Below, one piece after another: positions 38,051 through 48,256 of a stretch of DNA of 64,000 bases. Positions within the stretch are counted from its first letter, which is position 1. Each line of letters opens with the position of its first letter. The notes below the pieces were generated by a model that saw nothing but the letters and a program-made list of their open reading frames with translations, made no database searches and was not told where the DNA came from. Source of the stretch: an uncultured Gammaproteobacteria bacterium (lineage in GTDB: Bacteria > Patescibacteriota > Microgenomatia > Levybacterales > UBA12049); assembly GCA_964512695.1 (NCBI GenBank), contig CAZEJU010000004.1, positions 12,656-76,655 of the forward strand, read 5' to 3'. Both the position numbers and the translations under genes were made by a program.

Positions 38051-38743
38051 ATGCTACAACAAGACGCGTTAGGGAAATTAGACGTGTTTTTTAACCAGTA
38101 CAGGCCTCTTACCTATAAACAAAGGTCTGTGATCTCATATGGGATAGACTCTGAACTAAGTGTTTTTTATATAAAACATGGTTTCATGAGGGTATTTAGA
38201 CTATCAGAACAAGGCGAAGAACTTACGCTAACTATTTTAAAACCTAAAGACTTTTTCCCTCTCACATACGGGATGACCAATTCATCCTTAAAACAATCGT
38301 ATTACCTGGAGGCTATAACACCATTAGAAATTTGGAAAGTACATTCACAACAATTCCTTACTTTTATCAAATCTGACCCGAATATTTATTTCGAGCTAAC
38401 CCGAAGAGCTATGGTTCGTTTTGATAATGTATTAACGAAAATGGAATATCTTATCTTTTCAAACGCATATACGAAAATAGCAGCAACACTGTTATCATGT
38501 GCAAAGAAATTTGGTGAGGTCTACGGTAATTCAGTTCGTATTCCAGTTCCCTTAACGCATAAAGATATTGCAACACTAGTAGGAATTACACGTGAAACAA
38601 CATCTCTAGAAATGAAAAAGTTAGAAAAAAGAGGGTATCTATCACGAAATGGTAGATTATTTGTTTTAAACAATCTTGAGAAATTAGAAGAAGAAATTAT
38701 TCTACAAACTGGTGGAAAATCTCCTTTATCTCATTCAATTTAA
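38051..38743 (+). CDS. Crp/Fnr-family transcriptional regulator (second copy)
   Basis: cNMP-binding domain plus C-terminal HTH (IATLVGITRETTSLEMKKLEKRGYL). Confidence 0.75.
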   Translation: MLQQDALGKLDVFFNQYRPLTYKQRSVISYGIDSELSVFYIKHGFMRVFRLSEQGEELTLTILKPKDFFPLTYGMTNSSLKQSYYLEAITPLEIWKVHSQQFLTFIKSDPNIYFELTRRAMVRFDNVLTKMEYLIFSNAYTKIAATLLSCAKKFGEVYGNSVRIPVPLTHKDIATLVGITRETTSLEMKKLEKRGYLSRNGRLFVLNNLEKLEEEIILQTGGKSPLSHSI

Positions 38744-38851
38744 TATTTAACTAAAGTAATCAGGTGATTTTCAATTCTAGTTTGAGTTTCATATCCACAA
38801 AAAAGAGCCAAAGACATTTTTTTATTACAATACCTTTGACTCTCCTTTATT

Positions 38852-39109
38852 TTACTCTTCATCACGTTCTTTAATCACTTTATGGGTAGTACCTTCTGCC
38901 TCTTTTATAGCGTTATCTGTACCCTCTGAAGATTTCAATTTTTCTGTAGTTTTCACTGCCCATTTTTTAACCTTTGTTATGGAATCTTTTACTTTCTCCT
39001 GGTTCTTTTTATCGCTCAACGCAACAGCAGCTGCCCCAAATGCTGCGCCGACTGCTAATCCAGCAGCTAAACCTGTTGTCCCTTTTACTTTTCCCGTTGA
39101 ATCTTTCAT
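38852..39109 (-). CDS. YtxH-like (DUF948) small stress protein
   Basis: GLAAGLAVGAAFGAAAVAL hydrophobic segment followed by a Lys/Glu-rich helix. I chose the MKDSTG start, which has an AAAGGTGGTGA Shine-Dalgarno sequence. Confidence 0.5.
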   Translation of the reverse strand: MKDSTGKVKGTTGLAAGLAVGAAFGAAAVALSDKKNQEKVKDSITKVKKWAVKTTEKLKSSEGTDNAIKEAEGTTHKVIKERDEE

Positions 39110-39198
39110 ATGCTCTTCACCACCTTTCATTTTTTTATGTAATTCAAAAGTTACATTTCGTAACACCTCACGTAACCTTTGAATTACTCTTATACTAC

Positions 39199-39450
39199 TT
39201 ACGCTCTTCGAAATACCCTCGAACCAAACAGAACTACTAAAGATCCTGCAACAGCTACCATAAACGATGTTATATCAAAAGCTGCAATACCAACCCCAAA
39301 CAGCATGTTTGCGAGAAACCCTCCTACCAATGCTCCGGCAACTCCGAGTAGAATTGCACCCAGTACTCCCCCTTCGTTTGGCGCGGGATCTATAGCATTT
39401 GCTACAATGCCGACAATTAAACCAAATAACATCCATGAAATAATATTCAT
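39199..39450 (-). CDS. GlsB/YeaQ/YmgE-family small membrane protein (second copy)
   Basis: MNIISWMLFGLIVGIVANAI... signature. The ATG start has AGGAGGTG 6 nt upstream. Confidence 0.6.
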   Translation of the reverse strand: MNIISWMLFGLIVGIVANAIDPAPNEGGVLGAILLGVAGALVGGFLANMLFGVGIAAFDITSFMVAVAGSLVVLFGSRVFRRA

Positions 39451-39633
39451 ACTTTTCACCTCCTAAACTTGTAAAATATCACATCTACGATAGAACTAAC
39501 TATACGTTATTAACTCTGTGGTCCTCATGACATCTAGCCTTGAGACTTTCTCATTTAATACTAGAGTTTCTATTTAAGAGAACAACCAATATCAGGTAAG
39601 GAAAGCGCAAGAAGTAGAAATGATCATTTAACT

Positions 39634-39668
39634 AAAAAAATGAGCATCTATCAGATGCTCATTTTTTA
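39634..39668. terminator. bidirectional rho-independent terminator (A7-TGAGCATC-TATCA-GATGCTCA-T6)
   Basis: Perfect 8-bp GC-containing stem and 5-nt loop flanked by A and T runs, read directly from the sequence. Lies between the YeaQ-like and KGG genes. Confidence 0.6.
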
Positions 39669-39721
39669 CCATTAATGATAAAAGATAAAATCGTTCAGCT
39701 GCATAGGGCAGCTGAAAAGTA

Positions 39722-39919
39722 TTATTGACTGGAACGGTTTTGGTGGCGTGCTTTTCCACCTTTTCGTCCTGCTGCTCTTGCTTCTTCTGAAGTCCATTTA
39801 TGAGCAGTCCCTTTTTTGTGAGCAGTTTTACCGCCTTTACTTGCAATCATGCGTTGTTTGTCTTTATTCATTGATGCAAATCCGCGGCCACTTTTTCCTC
39901 CTTGTAATTGATTAGCCAT
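39722..39919 (-). CDS. KGG-repeat stress-induced protein (YciG/general stress family)
   Basis: GGKSGRGFASM...KGGKTAHKKGTAHKW...RKGGKARHQ. Repeated KGG(K/Q) motifs. Start set at MANQ (GGGGGTGG Shine-Dalgarno sequence). A hairpin CAGCTGC-ATAGG-GCAGCTG sits immediately 3' of the gene. Confidence 0.55.
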   Translation of the reverse strand: MANQLQGGKSGRGFASMNKDKQRMIASKGGKTAHKKGTAHKWTSEEARAAGRKGGKARHQNRSSQ

Positions 39920-40198
39920 AACTTTCCACCCCCTCTCTTGAGCCTTTAGTTCATAGGAATACTCCACCTTCTTACTCGCACATATCCGTCGAAGATAGTT
40001 ATAAACTATACCCCTTACCCGGATACTATGGATTTAGATGCAACTAGTATTCATTCGATAATATACATCTCAACGTTAAGAGTTAGAAAAATAACTCGTA
40101 AGGATTAAGAAAGAAACAGAGCTTTTATTAAAATCTCTTATAGAAGTTTACAGATTGTAATAGATGAAAATAGAAAAGTAAACTGAAAAAAATAAAAA

Positions 40199-40555
40199 CT
40201 ATACAGTGTTTAGGATAACTTCTCCCTCTACGACTGAATGGGCATATGTCTCAAGTATCTTCATGTTTTTCGAGTTTGCTCGATACACCACATCAGCTAA
40301 ATCACCCAGAAAGGGAAATAAACCTATGAGAAAATCTAAAATAACGTTTCTCACCATCTCGACAATTTTCTCTTGAGGTATTTTCATCTTTATACCTATC
40401 CAAACAAGGTATAATGAAAAACCAAGTGTAAAGATATCACCAAAACCGGGAATTGCTCCGATAAGGGGATCAAACCCGAATTTAAACTTACCAATACCGA
40501 ATTTATTTTCTAACAAATCGGTAATAAATCTAGCCATTTTTAAATGTTTTTCCAT
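40199..40555 (-). CDS. DUF4112-family small membrane protein
   Basis: FGFDPLIGAIPGFGDIFTLGFSLYLVW...FLGDLADVVYRANSKN. The start is set at the internal MEKHLKM ATG (AAGGAGA Shine-Dalgarno sequence). The longer track ORF would overlap the upstream gene by 70 nt. Confidence 0.5.
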   Translation of the reverse strand: MEKHLKMARFITDLLENKFGIGKFKFGFDPLIGAIPGFGDIFTLGFSLYLVWIGIKMKIPQEKIVEMVRNVILDFLIGLFPFLGDLADVVYRANSKNMKILETYAHSVVEGEVILNTV

Positions 40556-40704
40556 ACAACCGCTTCTCCTTATAACTCTCTCCTCAAAGGATGATTCTGA
40601 CACATGTCGGGATATGTCAGGGCATAAGGTATGTAAATTCCTGCTAATATAACTTAGAAACTTCAACAATCTTATAAGAAGAGGTAAGAGTTTTGCAAGA
40701 AGAA

Positions 40705-41880
40705 CTAAGCAGCTCGAGCAGAAAATAGTTCCTGAATCACAGGAAAGTGTAATGGTTCTTGATTTCTCAACCATTGTTGCCTAGCCTCTTCTTCAGCTAA
40801 ATAGGCAGCTATACGCGCATCAACTACTAAATGAATAGCCCTTGCTCTTCTTTCTAAGGGTTGATATCGTGGCTTCAATCCAGGCATCCTTTTAAGATTT
40901 ATATCCTCCAAATCTTCCATCGGTCCAGCACCTGAATACGGTTGTGTACCAATTTTTGCAACAAGTTCTCCTCTTCTTATTGGTTCTCCCTCTACGACAT
41001 CTTCTTCCTCATCTGCTATATATACCGCCATTCTCCAGGTTTTTCTCATTAATTTTGCTCTTTCGGTTATAGGAAATCTATCAAGTACTGTATCTAATCT
41101 CTCATGAACACTAGCATGTGCGCCAAGAACCCTTCGTATTCTTTCGATGTTTGCCGGAAATAAAAGTTCATCTTCAGGAATTGGAAAAACAAAACCATAT
41201 ACCGGACGATCTTTTTCTTGAATTAGCCGTGCTCCATTTGCCATCAAATCCTGCTGTAGTAATATCTTACCTCTATTCAAATATCTTGGTAAAAGCCGAC
41301 GTTTTGCTTCTTGTTCTTTAAGAAGATGATCAAACCTCCATTCTTTCGTTTGAGGAATTAAATTGGATTTATCTATAACACTTACCCGCAAATGAGGTTT
41401 TGCAAGTGTTTTTGAGGGGTCTTTGCCATTTTGATCTCTCACCCACATACTATTATTTTCACGAAGCTTGACTGACATACCAGAATATTTATTCCGGGCT
41501 TCTTTAAGCAAGGCTATTCCACCTTGTAGGTACCTAAATTGCGTTAAGGGGCTATAATCCCAAATAATATCTGTACTAACATGTCCATCGCTGTCGGGTT
41601 GTAATCTATTCGATTCCGTTGCCCAAAAGAGAACATCGAGATCTCCGTATTGTCCAGGTGCTTCAGTATATGCAAATAAACTATGACGTTCAGGAGTAGC
41701 TACAGTGGTTATTACGTATTTATCACTTCCATAAAAAATATTCTTAATTTGTTCTACGGTGTTTTTACCACGGAGTTGCTCTTTCCTTGTTTCAGGCGCG
41801 TCACCTGGGTTAATTCCCCAGTCTGCGGCAGTTCTTAATTCATATCCATAAAATGACTCATTCAACATATTATTTGTCAA
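40705..41880 (-). CDS. hypothetical 391-aa Cys-free, Arg/Glu-rich cytoplasmic protein
   Basis: Long clean ORF with slightly elevated GC compared with its neighbours. No motif I can name. Confidence 0.4.
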   Translation of the reverse strand: MTNNMLNESFYGYELRTAADWGINPGDAPETRKEQLRGKNTVEQIKNIFYGSDKYVITTVATPERHSLFAYTEAPGQYGDLDVLFWATESNRLQPDSDGHVSTDIIWDYSPLTQFRYLQGGIALLKEARNKYSGMSVKLRENNSMWVRDQNGKDPSKTLAKPHLRVSVIDKSNLIPQTKEWRFDHLLKEQEAKRRLLPRYLNRGKILLQQDLMANGARLIQEKDRPVYGFVFPIPEDELLFPANIERIRRVLGAHASVHERLDTVLDRFPITERAKLMRKTWRMAVYIADEEEDVVEGEPIRRGELVAKIGTQPYSGAGPMEDLEDINLKRMPGLKPRYQPLERRARAIHLVVDARIAAYLAEEEARQQWLRNQEPLHFPVIQELFSARAA

Positions 41881-41976
41881 ACAAATTCATTAAATGTCTT
41901 AACTTTTATTATATGTTGTATTGTATGTAATAAACTGGACAATATCTAGTCATCTTTTTCTACGGTAATCGTCAGG

Positions 41977-42636
41977 ATGCTTACAGACGGAAAACATGGT
42001 ATAGTTTATCCTGTAAACATGAAACTGTCCAAACGTCAAAAAAACATTTTGTTAACAGCAATTTTTTTACTTATTTTTTTGTTAGTTAGTAATTCTCCTT
42101 TTGCTAACAAACAAATTACTACCTCACCCCAATCTTCTAGTGCGCCTACGAAAAAAACAATAGAAACTGTAAAAGGGGAAAAGATCAGCCAGCCACCAAA
42201 GCTCACTCTTAATCCTAATGAACAGACCGTATTAGTCACCAAAATTATTGATGGAGATACAATTATTATTGAAGGAGACCTAAAGCTCCGCTATATTGGT
42301 ATTGATACTCCTGAAACCCTAGACCCCAGGCGAAAAATACAATGTTTTGGAAAAGAGGCAAGTGCAAAGAATAAAAAGCTCGTACTCGGAAAACAAATCT
42401 ATATCGAAAAAGATGTTTCAGAAACAGATAGATTCGGAAGATTATTGCGGTACGTTTATAGTCTCAACGATCAAGGAGAGAAAATCATGGTAAACGAGCA
42501 GCTAGTAAAAGAAGGCTTTGCATACGCATCAGCATATCCACCAGATATTAAATATCAAAAAAAATTAGAAGAAGCTGAAGTAGAAGCACGAGAAAAACAA
42601 AGAGGATTATGGCATAAATGTAATGTAAAAAGTTAA
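41977..42636 (+). CDS. thermonuclease / staphylococcal-nuclease-like secreted nuclease
   Basis: KIIDGDTIII...LRYIGIDTPET...RFGRLLRYVY are SNase fold motifs. N-terminal TM/signal helix, and an internal ATG (MKLSKRQ) is a possible alternative start. Confidence 0.7.
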   Translation: MLTDGKHGIVYPVNMKLSKRQKNILLTAIFLLIFLLVSNSPFANKQITTSPQSSSAPTKKTIETVKGEKISQPPKLTLNPNEQTVLVTKIIDGDTIIIEGDLKLRYIGIDTPETLDPRRKIQCFGKEASAKNKKLVLGKQIYIEKDVSETDRFGRLLRYVYSLNDQGEKIMVNEQLVKEGFAYASAYPPDIKYQKKLEEAEVEAREKQRGLWHKCNVKS

Positions 42637-42694
42637 AAAATAACGAGGAAAATATATTTTCTATTTAGTCTTTAATATTTGATATTATTACCCT

Positions 42695-45334
42695 ATGGAT
42701 CAATTTACTACCCCAATGATGAAGCAATATTTCGATATTAAAAAGGATTATCCTGATTGCCTTTTGTTCTATAGAATGGGCGACTTCTATGAACTTTTTT
42801 TGGAGGACGCATATATAGGAGCTAAGGTACTAGATATTACCTTAACAGGAAAATCTAATGGTAAAAACGAACGAATACCTATGGCAGGAGTACCCTACCA
42901 CGCTGTGGATAGTTATCTCCATAAATTGGTAAAAGCTGGATATAAAGTAGCAATTTGCGAACAAATGAGCCCTCCTTCTAAGTATGTCTTAGTAGAACTT
43001 GACTTCGTACTAATATTAACACCTGGCACGATTCTTGATGATAAAGCGCTTGAAAAAAATAGCAATAATTTTATCGTAAGTCTTTATATAGATAAAAAAA
43101 TAATAGGTATAAGTGCAGCTGATGTTTCTACAGGATACTTTCAGACGACAGAAATAGTGGCAGATAACTGTGAACAAACAATAAAAGACGAATTAGCTCG
43201 TTTACATCCTTCAGAATGCATACTTCCTCCCGAAATTTACAATAATCCTGAAATTCTTACAATTTTAAAAAATGAAAGAGGAATGAATATATACTGCTTT
43301 CATGAGTGGAGTACGTTTAGTAATCAAGCAGAAAGTTACATCAAACGGCATTTTAATATGATGAATCTTGGGGCTTTTAATTTAGTTAATAAACATATTG
43401 CACAAGCTACTACTGCAGCACTTCTGGGATATCTTCACCAAACACAAAAAACTGCAGCAAGTCATATTAAAAAAATCTTCTATATTTCTTCAGAGAAGTA
43501 CATGCAACTTGATAAAGCTACGGTAATTAATCTAGAGTTATTTTCAACAATACGTGAACATGATCTGAAAGGATCACTGTTATCCATCTTCGATCACACT
43601 ACTACTAGTATGGGGGGAAGATTACTAAAAGACTGGTTAAGAAAACCTCTTCTTGATAAGGATAAAATTCAATACCGTCAAGATTGTGTTGAGATATTAA
43701 TAGATGAAAAGCAAAAAAGAGAACGTATTATAGAATTATTAAAAGAAGTTGTTGATATAGAACGTTTACTGTCGAGACTAACACTTGGATTAGGTAACCC
43801 GTATGATCTAAATAGGCTGAAAGATTCATTAAAAATTATTATTGATGTAAAACAAGAACTTAGCCAATTTACTTCTCCTCTTTTTTTATCCCTTCAAAGT
43901 ACTATTTCAGATAATTTACAATCTGTTATTGCGGAAATATCTCGTATCATTAAAGAAAATCCCGGCATCGATATAAAAGGTGGTAATATCATCAATGAAG
44001 GGATAGCTGAAGATTTGGACAAATTACGTAAACGAGTTGTTCATAGCCGGACTTGGATAACAGAACTCGAAAAGCAAGAGCGTGAACGGACAGGTATTTC
44101 TTCTTTAAAAGTACGGTATAACAAAGTATTTGGTTTTTATATTGAAATTAGTAAAGCTAATCTTTCTTCTACCCCTGCTGACTATATACGTAAACAAACT
44201 CTTGTCAATGGAGAAAGATTTATAACTCCTGATTTAAAAAAGCATGAAGAGATAATTCTTAACACAGAAGATGAAATAAACAAAAAAGAGTATCTCTTAT
44301 TTCAAAAAATAATCGACTATACTCTCTCATACACAAAAGAACTTCAGGATGCTGCATATGCTATCGCAGTACTAGATTGCTTGACAAACTTCGCCTACAT
44401 AGCAGAAAAGAATAGTTATATAAAACCACAACTTATTGACACAGGAGAGATTCATATAAAACAAGGTCGACATCCTGTTGTAGAGAAACTACTGGATGAA
44501 GAGAACCAGTTTGTCCCTAATGATATTACCCTTAACCACGACAATCAACAAATTCTCCTAATTACAGGACCAAATATGGCAGGGAAATCAGTATTAATAC
44601 GTCAAGTTGCTCTCATTATTCTCATGAATCAAATTGGTTCTTTCGTACCCGCAGAAAAAGCAACGCTTAGTTTAGTTGATCGTATTTTCGTTCGTTCCGG
44701 AGCTTCAGACGTTATTACTTCTGGTCTCTCGACATTTATGGTAGAGATGGTAGAAACAGCATATATTCTTCATCATGCAACAAAAAACAGTCTCATTATT
44801 ATGGACGAAATCGGACGAGGTACGAGTACATATGACGGTATGAGTATCGCATGGGCTGTTGCTGAGTATCTCGCAATCAATAACACTATAACTCCTAAAA
44901 CATTATTCGCAACACATTACCATGAATTACAAGCATTAGAACAAGAATATCAAGGAAGAATTGTTAATTTCCAAATGGATGTCATAGAAGAAAATAATCA
45001 ACCCATTTTTTTACACTCTCTCCAACCGGGAGGCGCTTCAAGCAGTTACGGCATAGCTGTTGCCAAAATGGCAGGTATTCCGGATCTAGTAATAAAAAGA
45101 GCCAAAGAAAAACTAGCTGAGATGGAAAATAAAAATACACAATATGCAAATGCAATGTACACGCCAAGTGTTGAACAAACTATTAGCATTATAGAACACG
45201 TAATAACTGATGAAATACTAAATGTAGATCTTCATCAAATGACGCCACTTGATGCTTTAAATTATTTGGCAGGTTTAAAAGAAAAATTACGAATTATTCC
45301 AACATCAAAGATTTCTTCTCTTGACATTGACTGA
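42695..45334 (+). CDS. mutS: DNA mismatch repair protein MutS
   Basis: 879 aa. Mismatch-binding N-terminal domain (MGDFYELF), Walker A GPNMAGKS, ...DEIGRGTSTYDG. Confidence 0.9.
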   Translation: MDQFTTPMMKQYFDIKKDYPDCLLFYRMGDFYELFLEDAYIGAKVLDITLTGKSNGKNERIPMAGVPYHAVDSYLHKLVKAGYKVAICEQMSPPSKYVLVELDFVLILTPGTILDDKALEKNSNNFIVSLYIDKKIIGISAADVSTGYFQTTEIVADNCEQTIKDELARLHPSECILPPEIYNNPEILTILKNERGMNIYCFHEWSTFSNQAESYIKRHFNMMNLGAFNLVNKHIAQATTAALLGYLHQTQKTAASHIKKIFYISSEKYMQLDKATVINLELFSTIREHDLKGSLLSIFDHTTTSMGGRLLKDWLRKPLLDKDKIQYRQDCVEILIDEKQKRERIIELLKEVVDIERLLSRLTLGLGNPYDLNRLKDSLKIIIDVKQELSQFTSPLFLSLQSTISDNLQSVIAEISRIIKENPGIDIKGGNIINEGIAEDLDKLRKRVVHSRTWITELEKQERERTGISSLKVRYNKVFGFYIEISKANLSSTPADYIRKQTLVNGERFITPDLKKHEEIILNTEDEINKKEYLLFQKIIDYTLSYTKELQDAAYAIAVLDCLTNFAYIAEKNSYIKPQLIDTGEIHIKQGRHPVVEKLLDEENQFVPNDITLNHDNQQILLITGPNMAGKSVLIRQVALIILMNQIGSFVPAEKATLSLVDRIFVRSGASDVITSGLSTFMVEMVETAYILHHATKNSLIIMDEIGRGTSTYDGMSIAWAVAEYLAINNTITPKTLFATHYHELQALEQEYQGRIVNFQMDVIEENNQPIFLHSLQPGGASSSYGIAVAKMAGIPDLVIKRAKEKLAEMENKNTQYANAMYTPSVEQTISIIEHVITDEILNVDLHQMTPLDALNYLAGLKEKLRIIPTSKISSLDID

Positions 45335-45380
45335 TATTGAATATATCTCTTTCACTGCTGTATGATGTATAAACTTTCTC

Positions 45381-47060
45381 ATGAGAAAAATTCACAAACT
45401 TCCTGATCATATCGTTGCACAAATCGCTGCTGGAGAAGTCATAGAAAGACCTGCATATGCATTGAAAGAACTACTGGAAAATGCTGTAGATGCGAAAGCA
45501 GATAGAATCCAAGTTTACCTTGAAAACGCAGGCTTAAAGAAAATTATGGTCATCGATAACGGTGAAGGTATGAATTATGAAGATATCCAAGAGTCTTTTA
45601 AACACCACACTACCAGTAAACTCCATAAAGAGCTTATCGGAATTAAATCACTTGGGTTTAGAGGTGAAGCACTTTCGAGCATTGCAGCGATAAGTAATTT
45701 CACGATAAAAAGTAAACAAAAAGAATCTTCTTCAGGTAATGTTATTTTCATCCGTAATGGTAAAGTCGAATATTTTTCACCTTTAGGAATGCCACATGGA
45801 ACAACAGTTATGGCAGAACATCTGTTCTTCTCTTTTCCCGCTAGAAAAAAGTTTTTAAGAAGCAATCGTACAGAAATGCGATACAACACAGATGTTTTCT
45901 TAAAGATGGTTTTAGACTATCCTACAATCCATTTTTCCTTCATTCATAATAAACGACTTCTTTTTGACTTTCCGAAGACAAATGAAGAAACTGAAAGAGT
46001 TAAAAGTATTTTAGGTAACGATATTTTTTCTCAACTCATACCAGTCCAATATAACGACGGTTACATAGAAATTAAAGGGTTTATCTCCAAACCAAACATC
46101 ATCAATATAAATACGTACAAACAATATTTATCTGTGAATGGCCGACAGATAAATGATAAAAAAATTAGCCAAATAATAAAAGACTCTTATGAAGGACTGC
46201 TAGATGCCCAAGCTTATCCCATATTCGTTCTGCAATTGACTATTCCTCATGAGTCAGTTGATGTGAATGTACATCCTAGAAAAGAAGAAATTGCTTTTTT
46301 GAATGAAGAGGAACTATATAAAACAATTGGAACTACTATTAAAAAAAGCTTACAGACTTCCAACTTAACGCAAACAGCAAGTTTTCTTCTTAATACCTCC
46401 AATAATATGCCCTATCATGCCACTGGTGTACTACGTGATGAATTAGCGTCGTGGGATTGGCTGAATATAACGAAAATTCTGCCTTCTTCGGCTATTATAC
46501 AGATACATAAAACATATATTTTAACCCAAACGTATACTGGTTTTTTGTTAATAGATCAACACGCTGCACACGAAAGAATTCTTTACGAAGAGCTAAAAAA
46601 AACATTTTTAAAAAAGAAAGAAAAATCGTTCACTCATGCATTAAAAAACCCACTCACTATAGAAATGACTTTTGAAGATTTAAATATTGTTATGGAAAGT
46701 AGGCAGAAATTGGGGAGATTTGGATTTATAGTAGAAGAATTCGGTACGAATACTCTAAGAATAACTCATATACCTGAATTGTTTAAAGATCATAATCTTA
46801 AAAAATTATTCTTTGAAATAGTTTCTACGTTTCAGAAAAATCGACTGACGAATATCGATTCGCAAAGCGAAGTAATGTTACAGTTTCTAGCATGTAGAAG
46901 TGCTATCAAAGCAGGAGACATTCTTAGCACAAAACAATGTAAACAATTAATTGATCAGTTAGAAAAAACTCCAAATAATTATACTTGTCCGCATGGTCGT
47001 CCGACGAAATCAGAATTCTCATTGAGAAATCTCCACAAGCTTTTTAAGCGAATCTCATAA
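45381..47060 (+). CDS. mutL: DNA mismatch repair protein MutL
   Basis: GHKL ATPase N-terminus (IAAGEVIERPAYALKELLENAVDA, GFRGEAL). C-terminal dimerisation/endonuclease region. Confidence 0.9.
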   Translation: MRKIHKLPDHIVAQIAAGEVIERPAYALKELLENAVDAKADRIQVYLENAGLKKIMVIDNGEGMNYEDIQESFKHHTTSKLHKELIGIKSLGFRGEALSSIAAISNFTIKSKQKESSSGNVIFIRNGKVEYFSPLGMPHGTTVMAEHLFFSFPARKKFLRSNRTEMRYNTDVFLKMVLDYPTIHFSFIHNKRLLFDFPKTNEETERVKSILGNDIFSQLIPVQYNDGYIEIKGFISKPNIININTYKQYLSVNGRQINDKKISQIIKDSYEGLLDAQAYPIFVLQLTIPHESVDVNVHPRKEEIAFLNEEELYKTIGTTIKKSLQTSNLTQTASFLLNTSNNMPYHATGVLRDELASWDWLNITKILPSSAIIQIHKTYILTQTYTGFLLIDQHAAHERILYEELKKTFLKKKEKSFTHALKNPLTIEMTFEDLNIVMESRQKLGRFGFIVEEFGTNTLRITHIPELFKDHNLKKLFFEIVSTFQKNRLTNIDSQSEVMLQFLACRSAIKAGDILSTKQCKQLIDQLEKTPNNYTCPHGRPTKSEFSLRNLHKLFKRIS

Positions 47061-47098
47061 ATAAACACGGCTGTTAAAATTCACTGTAAAGCCCTATT

Positions 47099-48205
47099 TC
47101 AACTCAACGTTTTTTCTATGGCCTGGTATAAATCTCTTATTCCCTCGTCCTTTTTTACTGATATCGCTATTGGTGTATATTCTTTATAGTCATCTAATAG
47201 TTTTACTCTTTCTTCATCGGGTAACAAATCTATTTTATTAAAAACGTATAGTTTCTTTTTATCCTGTAACTTCATGTCTGATAGAATACTATTCACAATA
47301 GAAATTTTTTCATGCTTATTCTTATCAGATGCATCTATCACATGCAGTAAAATATCAGAAGTTATTGTTTCGAGAAATGTTGATCGAAATGCATCGATAA
47401 GATTTGCGGGTAAATTACGAATAAAACCTATTGTATCTGATACGAGAATTTCTTTGTTTGTAGTAGGTAATCTAACCTTACCTACAGCACTATCTAATGT
47501 AACAAACAACGCATTCTCTACATGTTTATCTTTCCCTGTTAGATGATTAAAAAGAGATGTCTTTCCTGCATTTGTATAGCCAATAAAGGAAATTGTCCGC
47601 AGTCCAATTCTCTGTCTTCTTAACAATTGTCTTTTTCTATCATCAGATAATTTAACTAATTTATCTTTTATTTTTTTCATTTGTTCTCTCCAATGCCGTT
47701 TCATTAACTCTGTGTTCGTTTCACCTATTCCTCGCGTTCCAATTCCACCAGTCTGCCTGGAAAGAACCATCCCCATGCCATAAATACGAGGCCCCATGTG
47801 TCGCATGGCAGCAAGTTCAATCTGTAATTTTGCTTCTGTAGTATGTGCGTGTTTAGAAAAAATCTGAAGAATTAAGTCTACGCGATCCCAAACATGAATA
47901 TGAGGATTACTTTTTATAAATAGTTTTTTCATCTCATAAATATGACCAGGCTTTACTATAGCATTTAAAACAACGATATCAATTTTTTTCTCATGAATAA
48001 TTCTAACAGCTTCGTGCATTTTACCTTTACCGATGTAACTACCTTTGTCGTGTATTTCACGTCGCTGGATCAGCAGTTCAGCTAATTCCGCGTTATATGT
48101 CTCAAGAAGTTCCTTAACTTCTTGAAGCTCTTCTAAAGCGAGTTCATCAGGCAGTGCTTTAGGAAGAATACTGATCAGAAGACATTGTGGGTGTATTTTC
48201 TGCAT
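47099..48205 (-). CDS. hflX: GTPase HflX
   Basis: HflX N-domain then G-domain (G1 GYTNAGKTS, DTIGF, NKID). Confidence 0.85.
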   Translation of the reverse strand: MQKIHPQCLLISILPKALPDELALEELQEVKELLETYNAELAELLIQRREIHDKGSYIGKGKMHEAVRIIHEKKIDIVVLNAIVKPGHIYEMKKLFIKSNPHIHVWDRVDLILQIFSKHAHTTEAKLQIELAAMRHMGPRIYGMGMVLSRQTGGIGTRGIGETNTELMKRHWREQMKKIKDKLVKLSDDRKRQLLRRQRIGLRTISFIGYTNAGKTSLFNHLTGKDKHVENALFVTLDSAVGKVRLPTTNKEILVSDTIGFIRNLPANLIDAFRSTFLETITSDILLHVIDASDKNKHEKISIVNSILSDMKLQDKKKLYVFNKIDLLPDEERVKLLDDYKEYTPIAISVKKDEGIRDLYQAIEKTLS

Positions 48206-48256
48206 GTCTAGTAGTTATCACGTATAATACAGAAAATATCTATTAAGAATCAATCT

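Noticed and set aside
40556-40774. Upstream 73 codons of the track ORF 40199-40774
   Set aside because: Using that start would overlap the preceding gene by 70 nt and add a Cys/Ser-rich non-conserved extension. The DUF4112 homology and a good Shine-Dalgarno sequence begin at the internal ATG at 40555.
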